Of a stretch of DNA of 64,000 nucleotides, positions 40,646 to 55,520 are shown one piece after another. The stretch comes from Auanema rhodensis (taxonomy: Eukaryota > Animalia > Nematoda): the NCBI GenBank assembly GCA_964057225.1, contig OZ059898.1, positions 5,332,001 to 5,396,000 on the forward strand, given 5' to 3'. The stretch's first letter is position 1, and each line of letters starts with the position of its first letter. The notes beneath the pieces are model-generated. The model worked only from the letters and a program-made list of their open reading frames with translations. It was not told the DNA's origin and ran no database searches. Position numbers and translations under genes: made by a program.

Positions 40646-41075
40646 GAAAAAATGTATAATATTAGATTTCATAATAAATTTCACATTTAAAACAAAAAGC
40701 AATGAAAGAGAAAACGATTTATGATAGCCTATGCAATTGATTTCTTTACATGGTTAGCAAGATTTCTTGCTTTCGTTATTTAAATCATATATATAAATAT
40801 ATTTACGAAGAGAGAAAATTATTATTTGAGATCAACACAGCAAAACAGAATGATGCGCAGAAGATTATTAAACCTCTAGACAGATATGCCCATAACTATC
40901 CGAAAATAATTTTTTTTTCTTTTTTTTTTAACCTGAACAGCTATACAAACATTATTTGGCTTCCACAAGCTTTTAACACTATGTGCTACGAAAAAAGAAA
41001 GAATCCGAAAATATATTGGCAAGTTGCCGAAAAAGTTCTGTTCATTGCAGGTTACTCTCCTTCGTTCGGACCAAA

Positions 41076-42885
41076 TCAATGCGAATCCTGAATTTAAAAT
41101 TTTTTTGTTTGAAATTTTTAATATAAATAGGCTTAAAACATCTTGAAACGCCTATTAAACTTACAATCATTTTTCGGCCTTTTGTTTCTATTGGCAACGA
41201 AATTGCTGCTACTAAAGCTAGCAACGCGGCTGTACCATATATAGAAATTGGTAATGATAATGAATATCCAGAAGAAACCTGTTGAATTATCAATTTGCTC
41301 TTGTTTTTTATTGAAATAATTCAGTTACCTGAGCAACGAACGGTGTCATAATTGCTCCTATTCGAGCCATTGCCGAAGAAGCTCCTAAGCCTACAGCTCT
41401 CAAGGTGGTGGGATATACTTCAGGTGTATAGACATAAGCACATTGGAATGCTCCAGAAATAAAGGCTCGAGAGATGAAAATGAAACAAGTAACAGTAAAT
41501 CTAAATAATTAAATTATATAATTGTATTTACATAAGCTCATATACCTATCTAAACAGAAATAAAGTAAGAAAGTGAAGAAAGAGAAAGTAGCAAATTCAA
41601 ATGCCATCGTACGTTTTCGGCCCAACCATTCAATGACAAAAACGGTAATTAGTAAACCTAAACAATAGCAGTTTAAATTTTGTTTAAATGAGAAAAGCTA
41701 ACCAGGGAATTCAGCTAATGTGGTCTTAAGAAGATCAAAATAATCTGATCGTGTTAATGGATGACATTCTTCCAAGGATGTGCCGTTGGAAAATAGCCCA
41801 CCATGGCATTCATCATGCGATTGGAACAGAACTGTCGTGTATAATACAATTCCATAGTACGAAAATGCATTCATAGACCTGAATTTGTGAGAAAAACATG
41901 AAAATCCTTTCATAAGCTATTTTCCGAACCAAATAAACCAGAGAAGCAACGTAGTTTTTTTAAGATCCGGGTTTAAAAGAGCTGAAAATCCACCGCGACC
42001 TTCAGTCTGAATAATAACAAGATAAAATAGTTTCTAATATCTCCATTTACTTACATTTTTCACAGTTGCAACTAATTTTCCTCGAGGTAACTGAACACAA
42101 TTGTTTCTTGCAGCTTTTTGAAGCATTTCTAAAGCCTTTTCTTCTTTTCCGCATGCAATCAGGTACCGAGGTGATTCTGGGAGCCACTGAAACAGCATAT
42201 CTATGATATTGCATACACTTTTTCAATTTCAGCTATATATATATATATATACAAATTTTTAGCTTTTCAGTTTCTTTATGTTTAGCATACAAGTATCGTA
42301 TAACTATGGTGGATGTTTTTCCTCAACAGACTTGTATGGTGTATATGTCGGTTAGGAAGTGTGTTTGATTGAAAGCAAAATCACTTACGAAAGAAAGGAG
42401 AGAAAATGCTCCAAGAGGAAGCGATGAGAAGATGATTAGCCATCGCCAGCCCCAAGTGTTCATTATGAAGTATGCCAGCAAAGATTCGAAAACGGCTCCG
42501 ATAGCCCAGAATCCCTCAATTAGAACAACACACTTTGCACGTTGAGCCATCGGCAAAAATTCGGCATACAAGGTCACTCTTATATGTATTTTTTAAAATT
42601 CATCACGTTTATAATAAATCTTACGATTGTGGTACTCCCCCTATTCCAAATCCTGTTAATCCACGGAAGAGGAGCAGAACATAAAAATGAGGTGATAAGC
42701 CACTGAGAACACCCATTACAAATGCCATAAGAGTTGAGCATTGTAATCCCTAAATTAGAATCTTGATTTTGGTTTTTTCCTATTACTTATTATTTCTACA
42801 CACACTTATTATAAGCTTCTAATAATATTGTCAGAAGACGAGAAAGTAAACAAATATCTTCAGGGGCATGTAAACAAAATTATTT

Positions 42886-42932
<47 letters not shown>

Positions 42933-44282
42933 ATCATTATTTTCTTTGAATTCTTGATTCTTTCTCTTGTTTCAGTCCTATTCATATTTTTAACAAAAAA
43001 ATTGCCTTTCTGAAATTGACATATCCCTTGACAAAAAATAAAATATTATCAGGTTTAGAACCTATAATAGCTTTGCTCATACATATAACTCAAATTTTAC
43101 TTGAAGCTATATTTGATTCAATATGCTGCTTTTTGAATTTGAACGAGAAATGAATTCAACAAAACATTCTAATATGGAAGCATGCAGCGAAAGAAAGCGA
43201 AAGTTCAAGATTTTTTTCGAAGAAGAAATAGCCAGTGAAATAGATCTACAAACTTCAAGCTTCATATGAGTATTGACCCACTCTGCGTCTGTTCATAGCC
43301 GCATAACTTAATTATTTTAATGAATAGCTTTATATACATATATGCACAAAAATGGAGAAGAAAAGGAGAATACTGAATTCTATTTTGAAAATTTTGAACA
43401 GATACATACATATACTACCTACACATGTATGTATGTATGTATGTATATCCGGTATCTTAACAATATTATTTTTTCATATATACTCATAAAAGAAGATAAA
43501 TATATATGTAGATGTGGATATATTATGGTCATACACATATGCATATCTTGCTGCCATAGGTAAAGATAAACTACTTCTCCGTTCTTTACCATCAACATTA
43601 TGTAATACAGCAACTATTTTTAATCTTATTTATTCTTTACCTATAGTAAAATTAACTCACAACTCGTCGTCCGAATCGATCGCAAATCTTGCCCCATAGG
43701 GTAGATGACGTCATCATTCCTGTGAAGACGCACGTTGTTACAAGCGCTTGCTGCACTGAGCTAATACCCCATTCACATGCCAATGCGGGTGATAGCAAGG
43801 ATAAGAGCATCATCTCCATTGCATCTGCCATCTGAATGCGAATTTCAAACTCAGTAAATAGCATTTCAATATCACATAGAATGTTTGTTACTAACCCAAG
43901 CCATTCCGGTTAAGACGCTAAGGAAAAGTTGGAAACGGCCGAAACCCAATGCTTCTACTGCATCGTCAACAGTGAACGTTGGTTCTTCCCCTTCTTCTTT
44001 TGGGGGTTGATGATTTTGCGCATCTTCGGGGTCTCCAAGTTCTGTGCGATCATCAATACTTGAATATCGAACAGACAAATCTTCTCCAACATGGCGTAAT
44101 CTAAAACGAGCAATTTATAAAACATACAGACTTTTGGAAAAACTAATCTCGAAAAGTAAAATTTACATTATACATTTTAAAATTACTTACTCTCTAAGCA
44201 ATGTCTTGGGTGTCAGGTCAGCGTAAGTGGTGGTCAAGTTTGAGGCCTCAAGAACCTCACTTAATATGGCTTTATCACCCAT
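41076..44282 (-). CDS. svop-1: SV2-related MFS transporter (SVOP)
   Basis: [16 protein letters not shown].., [75 protein letters not shown]. Confidence 0.93.
42891..42928. repeat. (AT)n microsatellite in an svop-1 intron
   Basis: Perfect AT dinucleotide run. A similar run is at about 32324-32352. Confidence 0.9.
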
Positions 44283-46183
44283 TTTGCATCTATAATCAAG
44301 TATAAAAAATGCATCTGTACATATAACAAGAACATAAACATAGTGAAATTTCGTAATTAAAAAAGCCTCCTATATCTAGTAGTACACGTTTCAATTTTGT
44401 TATTCGAATAATGACTTCAATGCAAATCATAATATATACAACATGTTTGCATGAAGAGAAATGAGTATAAGGTAATCAATGAAATTCTATTGGAATTCTG
44501 CATTATTAATGAACATTTTTTGAGTTGAAACTGATGGCAAATCGTTAAAAAAACATTAAAAACTAGTCCGCCTATTTAAAACTACGTTTGTTGTATCCCA
44601 AAATCCAAAAAGACAAATATTTTATTTAAACGAGAAGTGGCTAGTAAATGAAACAAAAATCAAATTACTCCGAGTTGCTGATCTCAGTTCAAAGCAATTA
44701 ACGCAGAAGCGAATGTTGCAATGTTCATGCTTTTAGCTCTTGAAGAAGAGAGAAAGTTATTGGCAGACACCATAAAAAAGCTGTCGAAAAAAGATATCAT
44801 ATGTGAGCTGAAACGTTGTTTGTTTTGTAAAAATGCCAAATAGAGTCAAAGAAAGAGATCAATATTAGAAGTAAGAGAATGAGAGAGGGAGAGAAACACG
44901 AGAGAAAGAGGGTAAAAAGACAGAAAGAGGGAAAGAGATGAGAGGTGGGCGGGGGGGACAAATGAAAGCAGGGCTTGGGCCCTGAGGCGATGAAGCGGGA
45001 GGAGAAGGACCTAGACGCATTTGACTGACACTTCTATCTAATGACGTATTTCCCATTTATAATGGACATTTAGAGCTCTTCTGAAATACTCAAAACAAAC
45101 GTTTGGAAAAGAATGCTCATTTTCATTTTTTTAAAGTTTGAATTAAATCTTTTTTTGTCTTGTCTTCAACAAAGTATTAAAGATTTGTGCTTTCTCAACA
45201 AGCCCAAGGGGACTCACTCAAAACAGAAATACGATTAGCTGACGAGCCATTTTGAAAAATAGCTGAGCATACAGTAAAATAAAGTAATAAATATATTCAA
45301 AAAATGATTAATTTTAGGATATGTTTATACTAATAAATATAATATATATTATATTAAAAAGATACTGCTAGTTCCACTTTAAAAAATCATTAAGACAAAA
45401 AAATATATATCACGATTGAGATACAATGAAAGTAATTTAAATGCAATGTCATGAAAATACATATATGTATTTAATGTTTCCGCTATTTTAGCTATTATGA
45501 AACAACTATTGGATTTTTTCATATGCTTTTACACTCATTGTGTTTAACACGCTAGAATTTGTAGACTTGTGCTCTTTAAATCGGATATGAGAAGGCCCTG
45601 ATCAAGCTTATTTTCTTAGCCGACTTAGACCCAGTCATATGACCATATGCTCAATAAAAAAATAAGATAATTGGATAGAAAAGATTGAATACATTTTACA
45701 AAAGATTGCAGTTTATAATTATATTAGATTGAATACTATGAAAATTATTAAAAGTCCAATTAAAGAATAAAGATACATTTTAGATTTTAAATATAGAAAT
45801 AAAATGTAGTTCATCGATGCAGTCGAGACTCACATCTCATCGATCCGCCAGGCCCCGCCTCTCAATTCAACCGACCGCCTTTTTCCCCTTCGCCTTCTTC
45901 CATCGAACGGAAGCTTTTTTTTGTAATTTAATATGAATTTTAATCTTACTTAGTATGACTATTCCCTCCTATTGATCAGGAAGATCCTATAACATGTGTT
46001 GCAAAAAGAAAAATAGAAATAAAATAAGTTTTATTGTCAGACAATGCTGACTATAATCATCACAGATCGAAAGGTTTTGTACAAAATTATGCAACAGATA
46101 AAAGTTATAAAAATTATATGACTTATGAGACATGCTTTATGAAAGTGAATGTTTGAGATAAAGCAGATAATAAACTTGATCAA

Positions 46184-48233
46184 TCACAATGATATTTGTT
46201 TTACCGGTGAATTAAGCTGAGCCATTTTTTTGGCAACAGCATCTTTAAAGCTTTGATAACGAATTAGGTCGACTTCTGCTAACAAATTGGCAATAATCAT
46301 TTCATCATCCAAAGTCAGTTCTTCTTCCTACAAAAAGGCTTTGATTAATAGTTATGAATTATTGAAGCATATACCTTTAATGCGCTAAGAGAAGTATGCT
46401 TCGAATAATATACAAGCATACATAACCGAGAAAGTGCAGCTGTGAGAAACAGTTGAAGACAATGATCTGATGGGAATTTTCGTTTGCATCGTAAATCTAC
46501 AAAACTTTTAAAAAGCTTTGTCCAAAATTCACTAGAAACGTACCAGCTAGAAGTTTACCATGATAGGGAGCAAGATGCAAAATAGATGTGTTAGTATCAA
46601 GTAAAACACTGCCAGATTTAAGTAATAATTCTCGCTGTTTCTTTGTTGAGCAAACTCCTACAATTCCATGCGGAATTCTAAAAAACCAATAAATTTACTT
46701 CTAATCAAAAATGAGCTTTACTGAGTAAGATCTTCACACCAAAATTTGAGATCGTAATTTGTATGAGATTTAGGCTTCATCATATTCAGCTTATTTACAA
46801 GATCAACAACTGTTCTTTTCCTTTGATCAGAACCGCACACTATTATATCTTGTCCAGCAAGGATTGGGAAGAGAATCTATAAATTAAAAGATTAAAATTT
46901 TAAAAATAGCAATTCGAAACATTATCTAAATTTGGGCACAATTGCTTTAATGTTTCTTCATTTGCTGAATCGTCCTCATCTGAACTAAATGAGAAAACTA
47001 GCATCAAAACAGGAAAAAAAATTATTATTACGTTGAGACCCTCTTTTCTTTTATGGGAGACTCATACTTTGGAAAGCGAAGTATGGGGGATGATCCGGAA
47101 TATAAAATTCCTTTTCGCGGTAATGCATCACTAAAGTGAGTGAGTGCCGGCTTTAAAGAACTTATAAATTGATCGTAAGCCTTAACAGATTCGATAATAA
47201 AAAGTAATAATCTTGATATCCACAACGTACACAAGGCGCCAAATCTTTTATATGTCCTAAAGGAGCATTAGCACGAAAAGACAAAAAAGCTTGTTCAGCC
47301 AGTTCTCGCTCCGTTGTTCGATGTCCAGCACAGTCAGAACCAACTTAATTAAATTGAATGTAAAAGCAGAAAAACAAAAAGCAAATTACTTGAATTTGTA
47401 CAGCTTAGTTCATCATATAGCATCATCATCCTTGGTCTCAATTTTCTGGCCTATGCTAAAACGCTTAAAACTATTAAAAATAAAATCTAACCTGCTCTGC
47501 AGCATTCACAAACTTATGATTTTTCAGAATCGATACAACTTCATCGGGATTAAGATTATAATATCCCTGAACGGTATCATTTTCTAAACAAAAGAAAACG
47601 TATAAAATTTTTTCGAGCAGTTTACCAATTGAATCTGATAATGTAATTACATCATTAAGTTGACTAAGAAAAAGTTTTCTGTTACATGACACAAGCGGAG
47701 TCAACAACTATAAGTAATATTAAAAGCATGAAAAGGAAAATTATTGTTAATTAAGAACCTTTCGAACAGCTATAGTGAACTTGGTTATAAGTTCGCCGTT
47801 CGGCTTGTGAGACATCAAATACGCTATACATAGAGGTCTCTCAAATCAAAAAATAAAATAAGAAGCATCAGATAGCTTACCTGGAATCCTCTAGCTTTTA
47901 TATCGTATATAGTGAAATGATATGATAGTGCATGTACAGCCATTTGCTGATTATATAAACATAGTACAGTTCCAGTAGCAGTTTCTGAAGACATTAACCA
48001 TACGGAAAGTGAATCTATGTCAATAGAAACCCCTCCTAAAAAAATAAATATTGAATAGCATTAATAACGAATATATTACCTCCACTAAGTGAAACTGTGG
48101 CTAAAGGACGTGGTCCTTCTATTTGACAAAACTCTATAACAGTTAAAGTTGATTGTGCAACAGCTCCTAATCGGTTGAATGGATCAATCACACGATTAGA
48201 GCGAATGAGAAAGGATTCACTAGATGATACCAT
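46184..48233 (-). CDS. smcr-8: SMCR8-like longin/DENN protein (C9orf72 complex subunit)
   Basis: IEFCQIEGPRPL and HFTIYDIKARGFQRPLCIAYL match the SMCR8/folliculin uDENN signature (LYDLEARGFVRPFCMAY). Confidence 0.78.
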
Positions 48234-48772
48234 TTCTAAAAATGAAACATAAATAAAAAAAATAAATCTTAAACAGTAATATTGAAGTAGTCTGAAGATA
48301 ATAGCATAAGCGTGAGCGAGAAAATGTGTGGAACATTGAGTTCTTCCAATGTTAGAGCAGCACGTGATACAATGTAGGCTAACTTACACCTCAAAATATT
48401 AACGAATACAATTAAAATATCTGGGATAAGAAGAGATAATTCATCTATATGATGAACACACTATTTGAATTAAAGGAAAAACTGAGAAACATTGCTTTCA
48501 CCTTGAACGTTGCACAATATCGTACACTGAATAGCGTTAAATCATACTGGACACGATAAATAAATTGAAATTGTGTCGCATCTTTGTTACTTTCAAAAGT
48601 TAAATTTTCATTTCTGGGGTAAACATTGTTAGATAACGTGTTCAAAATATTGATAACAGAAATTGATATACAGAAAAATGGAACATCAAAAAGATCATGC
48701 AAGTAAAGAGTATTAGACTTGTTGATATCAGAGCATTCATTTTGATATGTAACAAAAGGTAAAACATTAATT

Positions 48773-49503
48773 CTAACAATTATCCAAAATGGCATCGAAT
48801 TCGCCGTTTTGGAAATCACTGTCGTCTTGATAATTGGTTGAATTGTTTTCAATTGCTTCCTATGATTTAAAACATATATATTTTAGAAAAAGATTAACTC
48901 AACCAAGCCCTGTTCTTCCCACTGCTGCAAAAGAGACTCAGTCTCGTTAACAGATATAAGAAGGCTATTGATTTGTTCAATCGTGAGATTTTCTAAATAA
49001 AATAGTTAGAAAAAATAGAAAAAAAGTTACAACTAGGCAATTTTTTCTTTTTTATTTCACTGCAATGTTCCGAAAATATTGACGAGCAGAGAGTTTTTTC
49101 TAAAAGAAAAAATTACGGAAAGCACAACTAATGATATTACTTTTAGTAAATGTGAATAAACGCGAGGAATTCTCATTGTTTCTTTCATTATCGACGTATG
49201 TCTATATTTATGAAAAATGGCCAAGAATACATAAAATCTGATTACCAGTGAATTGTAATGATTTGTTTGCGTTTTCTCGGATAATTCAAAAAGATTTGAC
49301 TGATCACTTTGAATTTTTCCACGTACTCGCTTTTGAACTTTGGGTTCTTTTGCAGATTTTTTAGAACTGAAGAGGTAAGTTAAAACATTCATAAAAATTA
49401 GTTCACCTCGTCTCTTTTTTTGTTTTGGACATCTTATTTTTAGAATTTTTTTTCTGGAACAAAAAAATTAAACTGAAAAAATATAATATCTTACTCGTCC
49501 CAT
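48773..49503 (-). CDS. Hypothetical protein of about 150 aa, 7 exons, basic N-terminus and acidic C-terminus
   Basis: Seven GT-AG-bounded exons join in frame: MGRKKNSKNKMSKTKKETSSKKSAKEPKVQKRVRGK...LLQQWEEQGLEAIENNSTNYQDDSDFQNGEFDAILDNC*. Confidence 0.62.
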
Positions 49504-50410
49504 TTTACCGAGTGACCTGAAATTAAGAATTCAAATCTCTAGTATAACAATTATTACATATTTTGCGAAATAATTACAGACGAATATTAAGAACAGACAG
49601 GTTGAAGAACTTCAAATTAAATAATTGCTCTACTTGCCCTTTGAAACCCTTCCAGTTTCTTACCCTTGAATCTATCACTTACATAGTGAAAGACCATCAT
49701 ACACTCTCTCGTTAAGCGAACGATTGATTGTCCGTCAAATAATCACCGATCTTCTGCAAACCATACACATCTAACTATCACTGTTCTTATTTTGAACAAC
49801 TTCTTATTCAATTATATAAAGCCTTCACTTTGAATCAAATTAATACACGCAAGTTCTGCTATTTCAACTAAAAAGAGCATATTTTATTGTTTACTCATAA
49901 TATTAATGAAAATTACGTGCCCATATTCGAATATTAATTTTAAACCAGCCTTTTGGCTTTAACATTGGCGCGCTTTACTTTGAATTCGCTTTGAAGCTCA
50001 TTATCGTATACTACTGTAGATCAACAATTTTTTTCTTTTAGAAGTAACTCCAGCATTGCAAAGTGTATAACAATTAACCTTCTAGTAGTATCGATCAAAC
50101 TTTGAAGACATTTACTTGATGACGTTAAAAAGCGCGACCTTCTCAGCTAATGGAAATTCAGTTTCTTTTTCCAATAAGTCACAAATATCAAAGGTTATCA
50201 GCGTGAATAAAGAAGTCGAACCACATTATGGGCGAATAGAGATAGAATGCGCTGAATGCTATCTCTTCTAACAGAACACAATTAATTTGTATAACATACA
50301 TCCTGTATACCGCGGCCTTCATTTCCTGATTGTTTCAATTAATATTTTATTTTCACCATTGCACACTTCCATTTTATGTACAATACTAATACATAAATTA
50401 TGAATTATAG

Positions 50411-51339
50411 ATGAACGCTTTTATTTTTCAACTTATCTTCTTTTCATTTCTTACTTACTGCTCAGCTGATGCCTTGAGGAAACGAAAACCATGTATAAAT
50501 GGAGATCAGGATGGTTAGACCTCAATTATAGACAAAGAGTTTGCTCGTAATACTTCCTTTGAAACTTGAGAAAGAAAATAATTTCGTTTTGATTTGTTTC
50601 ACATTCTTACACTTTTGAAACATAAAAGTGAATTGAAAGAATATTTTCAGTTTATAAAAAAATCAGATTCAATTTATTAAATGATTATTACAATGCCCTT
50701 TCGGATCTTAAACCCGAACATTTTCATATATTTCTTTAACAGGTGATAAATGTTACTGCTTTGATGGGTGGACAGGAGCTCTTTGTCATAGAAAAATGCA
50801 TTGTGAAGGATTCGAACGCTTAAATAATGGATCGTGAGTTCTCAAAATGCAGTTCAGTACATAGCAGTTTTAGTTGTGTGCAATGTGAAAAGGGATGGCA
50901 AGGATCAGATTGTGATGCTATATTATGCTACAATGATGGTAGAGCTAATTATGACGAAACAGCTTGCGAATGTAATAAGCCTTATTCTGGTAAAAAAGCA
51001 AAAAGTTCAACGTTACAGAATATGTTTCAGGATTATTCTGTGCAACTGCTCAAACTGAAGATATATATTCATACTACAATAACTTTGCCAGCAGAACAGG
51101 AGCTTTGGGAGTATTATGCATCATTCCATTATTTATAATGTACATGAGTAAGATTGTTTTGAAAAAAAACTCAAATATAACTGTCACTACTAGCATGTGA
51201 ACATTGCGCAAGGCGACGTCAGCTGGAACGAGTCGGATTGCACCTGTCGGGAACCGTTCTGAAGCATCAAGACAAGGCTGTTAACCCAAAAGCAGTATCT
51301 CTTCTTATTGCTGAAGACCAACGTAGTAATAATGATTAA
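50411..51339 (+). CDS. Small type I membrane protein with EGF-like repeats
   Basis: Signal peptide, then CING..CYCFDGWTGALC, CVQCEKGWQGSDC, CYNDG..CECNKPYSGLFC, a TM segment ALGVLCIIPLFIMYM, and a short cytoplasmic tail. Confidence 0.82.
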
Positions 51340-51505
51340 AAGCATCACATTTTTAGAATAATGGCTTGGAACTATTAATAATATATTTTAAATAAATCTT
51401 TATATGCATAAAAACTATAGTAATAGGCTAAACCTAAAACCAGTAGAAATTTCCCATAAGCTAAATATGTCCTAACAGTAAATAAATAAGTTAATACCGA
51501 GTTGA

Positions 51506-52346
51506 TTATTGAGCTGAAAGGTTTTTATAAACAGTGGGTACGTAGTCATCATACTCAGCCTATAATGCAATAGGTTATAAATTCACTAGGGAAGTTAAAA
51601 TTTAGAAACCTGGAAAAAGTTGGCAGCAACAGGAGTTCCCAAATTGTGTTTCTCAACAAATTTATTTATATCCCAGTTATTTCTTTTATCAGCACTATAC
51701 TTCCACCTAGAAACAGGATCATCAAAACAATAACAAAATTAAAGAAAGAACAGTAAGAAACGTACTTTCCATGCTCAGCATCGACAAGCTTTCCTTTTTG
51801 CTTATAAATGAGGAAGATGTAACGGTGGTAACCTAATCAAAAGTATTAAATTATAATCAATACAAATGCAATACCTGTTCCTTCTGGAGGAGCAGATCCA
51901 ATGTATTCAGAAAGAACCTCTCCCTTGCTGACATCATTTCCCGGAATATTTGCAACAAGCCAATGATGCCAAGGACCGAATTTTGGATTTTCTCTAGATG
52001 GTGCATCTGGGTCTAAAAATACAGCTGGTTTTCTTATTGCTACTTTAAGACATACCGACTAGCATTAAAGTGTAAAGAGCATTAGAATCAGCCGTCCATT
52101 TAATATTGACAGGAATGTCTTTAACCAAAGTTGGTGTAAGATGATTCCCCAGAGTAATCTAAATTTAAAAAAAGAGAAACTTAGATTATATAAGGCTGAT
52201 AACTGTAAGATCACCAGCGTAACTTATTTGAGCGACTTCTGGGGGTGTTTGCTTGATGACCTGAAAAGCACAAAAATGATGGTTAATACACATAAAATAC
52301 TTACATCAGGAATAACTCCGTGTTTTGAAAACAGACTTGAATCCAT
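51506..52346 (-). CDS. Phosphatidylethanolamine-binding protein (PEBP/RKIP, OV-16-like)
   Basis: [74 protein letters not shown]. Confidence 0.93.
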
Positions 52347-52893
52347 CGTTGCAAATTCTCTGTAAATAAGAATATGGAGGTAAATTAGTGTTTGACACTA
52401 TGAAAGGCATGCTATAGTGGAGGAAAATACCGATATTTGAAAATACGGCTTTGTCTTGAAGAAAAAAGCACTCTGTTGCCAGAATTAAACAAGTTTATCG
52501 CGCTCTTCAAAGCAAAAGTTGCAGATCTCATCTAAGAAATTATATTTATCAAAGTTTCTAATTAGATTTATCAAATAAAAATAAAACTAATCATATTATA
52601 ATTTCACTGCATGTGCCAAAATACAAAAAACGAACACAACTTCGCTCAATCTACGTATAAGATTAAATTGCGACCAATACTTTTTCAACACTGAAAATTT
52701 ATTAAAAATTTGAATATTTTTTCTTTGTTTTCTTCTGCCATTATATGTTGAAATTGCTTACTCATGATTCTGATGCTTAACTGATTTAATTTATCAATCA
52801 ATATTGCATAAATCAAGAAAACTATTAATTTTCACTATCTATATTTCTTCAATATTTATTATATTTCAGGTATATTAACTCAAAACTGTAGCT

Positions 52894-55320
52894 ATGGGAA
52901 AAGAGAAGAAAAAACAAAGGAAAGAAAATCAAAAACTTAACGATGATGTAGACGAGGAGGAAAAGGAAGCAAGTGTTGGAACAGAGCTCGAAAATTCCAA
53001 TACCCAATGTGATCAGAATGACACAACGGAATATGAGGAAATGGATTTGGATGAAGCGTACGTGAATAATTTTGTCAACGAAAATGTACATTTTTTTTCA
53101 GTATTCCGGAATGGGAAAATTCAGATAATGAAGGAACAAACAAAATAGAGGATACACCTGCACCTGAAGAGCCTACCGGCTACACTATTTTAGGAGAGCC
53201 AGAATTCATAAAAGTGCAAAAAATAGCGTAACTGTTTCGATGATTATTTATTTTAATATATTTGTATAACAGAGTAACAAGCTCTTGGATTGAAAATGCT
53301 ACTATATTTCCTGCCGAACTAGCCGAAAAAAATTACTGCAAGATTACTGCTGTAAAAGGATTGCCATCATCAATGGTCGATAAGCTGCAAGAACGTATAA
53401 AATCATGGTTTCCTGTACAGGTTTGGTTTTTCTTAGAATGATGACTTCACTTTCGAACTTTAGAAATCGGTCTTACCCATTCTTCTACAAGATATTGAAC
53501 ATCCTCCTATTCTAAGACCCAGAGATATCACAATTTCCGCACCTACAGGTTTTTACTTCTTTTCCTATTACATTTATATATGTACTCTGTGTTAAGGATC
53601 AGGAAAAACTTTGTGTTATATTATTCCTGCTATAGCGACTGCTGGAGAGTGTCCTCCTGGAAGACTTAGTTCATTGATCGTTGTTCCTAATCAAGCCTTA
53701 GTTCGTCAGATTGAAGCTGTGAGAAATATTTGATAGAAGTAGAGCAACATAATTTTTTAATTTCAGGAATTTCAAAGGTTCAACGTGTTTGAATGTAAAG
53801 TAGTTAGTCTGATTTCGAATACTGTTGAAAAAGATTTCATTAGATTAATTAATTTAGAAGTAATTATTTTGTTAAACTTACGTTGATTATTAATCCATTT
53901 TCAGAATAATCTATTCAATACAGATATAATAATAACTACACCTGCTAAATTAGTTGAATGCTTAACGCATCCTGACAATATTATACGGTTCACTCACTTG
54001 AAGTATTATTATACACATATTTGTAAGCGCATAATTTGTTATTTAAAGATACTTGATTGTTGATGAAGCCGATCGCATGGGTAACAAAACGAGATTAGAA
54101 TGGCTGGATCTTGTAGAAAGTCGATCGTCAGGTATGATTCAAATGTAGTTATCATTTTGTTTTTATTTTTTTCAGGATCTTTCCGTCCCACAAACATTAC
54201 CGATATTTTATCAACTAGATCAGCCCCAAGAAAAATTTTGTTGTCGGCCACAATTTCAAAGGATGTAGAGGAATTGCATATGTGGAAGTTGTTCCGTCCT
54301 TGCTTGTTTAGAGCAAATGCAACATCAAGTGAACAAGTTGTTGCTCCTGTGCTTGATCACATTACGGGCAGATTAGCTTTACCTGCCACTATAAAACATA
54401 AAATCATAATGGCAGAAAAACGTATCCATCCTTTGGTATTATATAACGTTATAGAGAAATCTGAATTCAAGAAAATTTTAGTTTTTACTAATGAAAAGTG
54501 GGATCCGATTTTCTCAAATATGTACTCGCATTTTCATTTTTTAGAACTTCTGCAGTTCGCTTATGTCGATTACTCCAGCACATGGTGGAGAACCGCTATT
54601 CTGTTGAAAACATAACTTCTAATCTTCATTCAGCCAAAAGAGCGAAACTTCTTTCAAAGTTCATAAAGAATGATGTAAGTAAATTCATCAGTACTGATTT
54701 AATTGTTTTATTATTATATAGATACGAATACTTATTTGTTCTGATATGTTAGCCCGTGGTGTTGATGTTCCAAACATTGACTGTGTAGTTAACTATGATC
54801 TCCCTCCAGACGATAGATTATTTGTTCATAGGTAATATTTTTCTCTATTCTTTTCCTTATATAATTTTTAAGGGCGGGAAGAACTGGAAGAGCTGGTCTG
54901 GACGGAACAGTTCTTAGTATTGCTGATAAAGATCAGGTATATATATTACGTTGAAGGCAAGAGATAAGTTGGTTTTATAGAGACGGAGATTTATTAAAAT
55001 GCTTACTAAAACATCATTAATTGATGGAGCTTCACAAGAAGAAGTAACTGAAACAGAATATGGACCGTTGATGGAAACGTATCAAACTGGGCTTTTGAAA
55101 TTACAAGGGGATTTGGTTGTTAAAGGAGGCAATAGTCCATTGAATATATGTGTTCTCATTTTAAATTATTCTAGGTAAAGATGTTGGTAATAGCACAGTG
55201 AGTGGTTTTGAGTATCGACGTAACCGGAAATGGAACCCTGCACTTCGAGAAGAAAGAGAGGCTGAACGTGCTAAATTAAGAGCAAAATGGAAAGGAAAAA
55301 ATAAAACTAAAACTAATTAA
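52894..55320 (+). CDS. DDX51: DEAD-box RNA helicase, DDX51/Dbp6-like
   Basis: WFPVQ Q-motif, [42 protein letters not shown]. The WFPVQ..PRD context is typical of DDX51. Confidence 0.85.
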
Positions 55321-55520
55321 TGCCCTTTGTGCTAATTGTTGAATTTGTTTAGCCATTTTTTATCAATGGAATTCTTATTGTTATTGCTGTTGTTGTTGTT
55401 TTTATAGTCTACTCTAAATTTTAAAGATTTATGTTTTCACTTTTTTCTACTTTACGGTTTTTTCCGTTAATATCAAAAATATCTAAGAAGGATAGATGAC
55501 GCTTTAACTTACTTTCTAAG

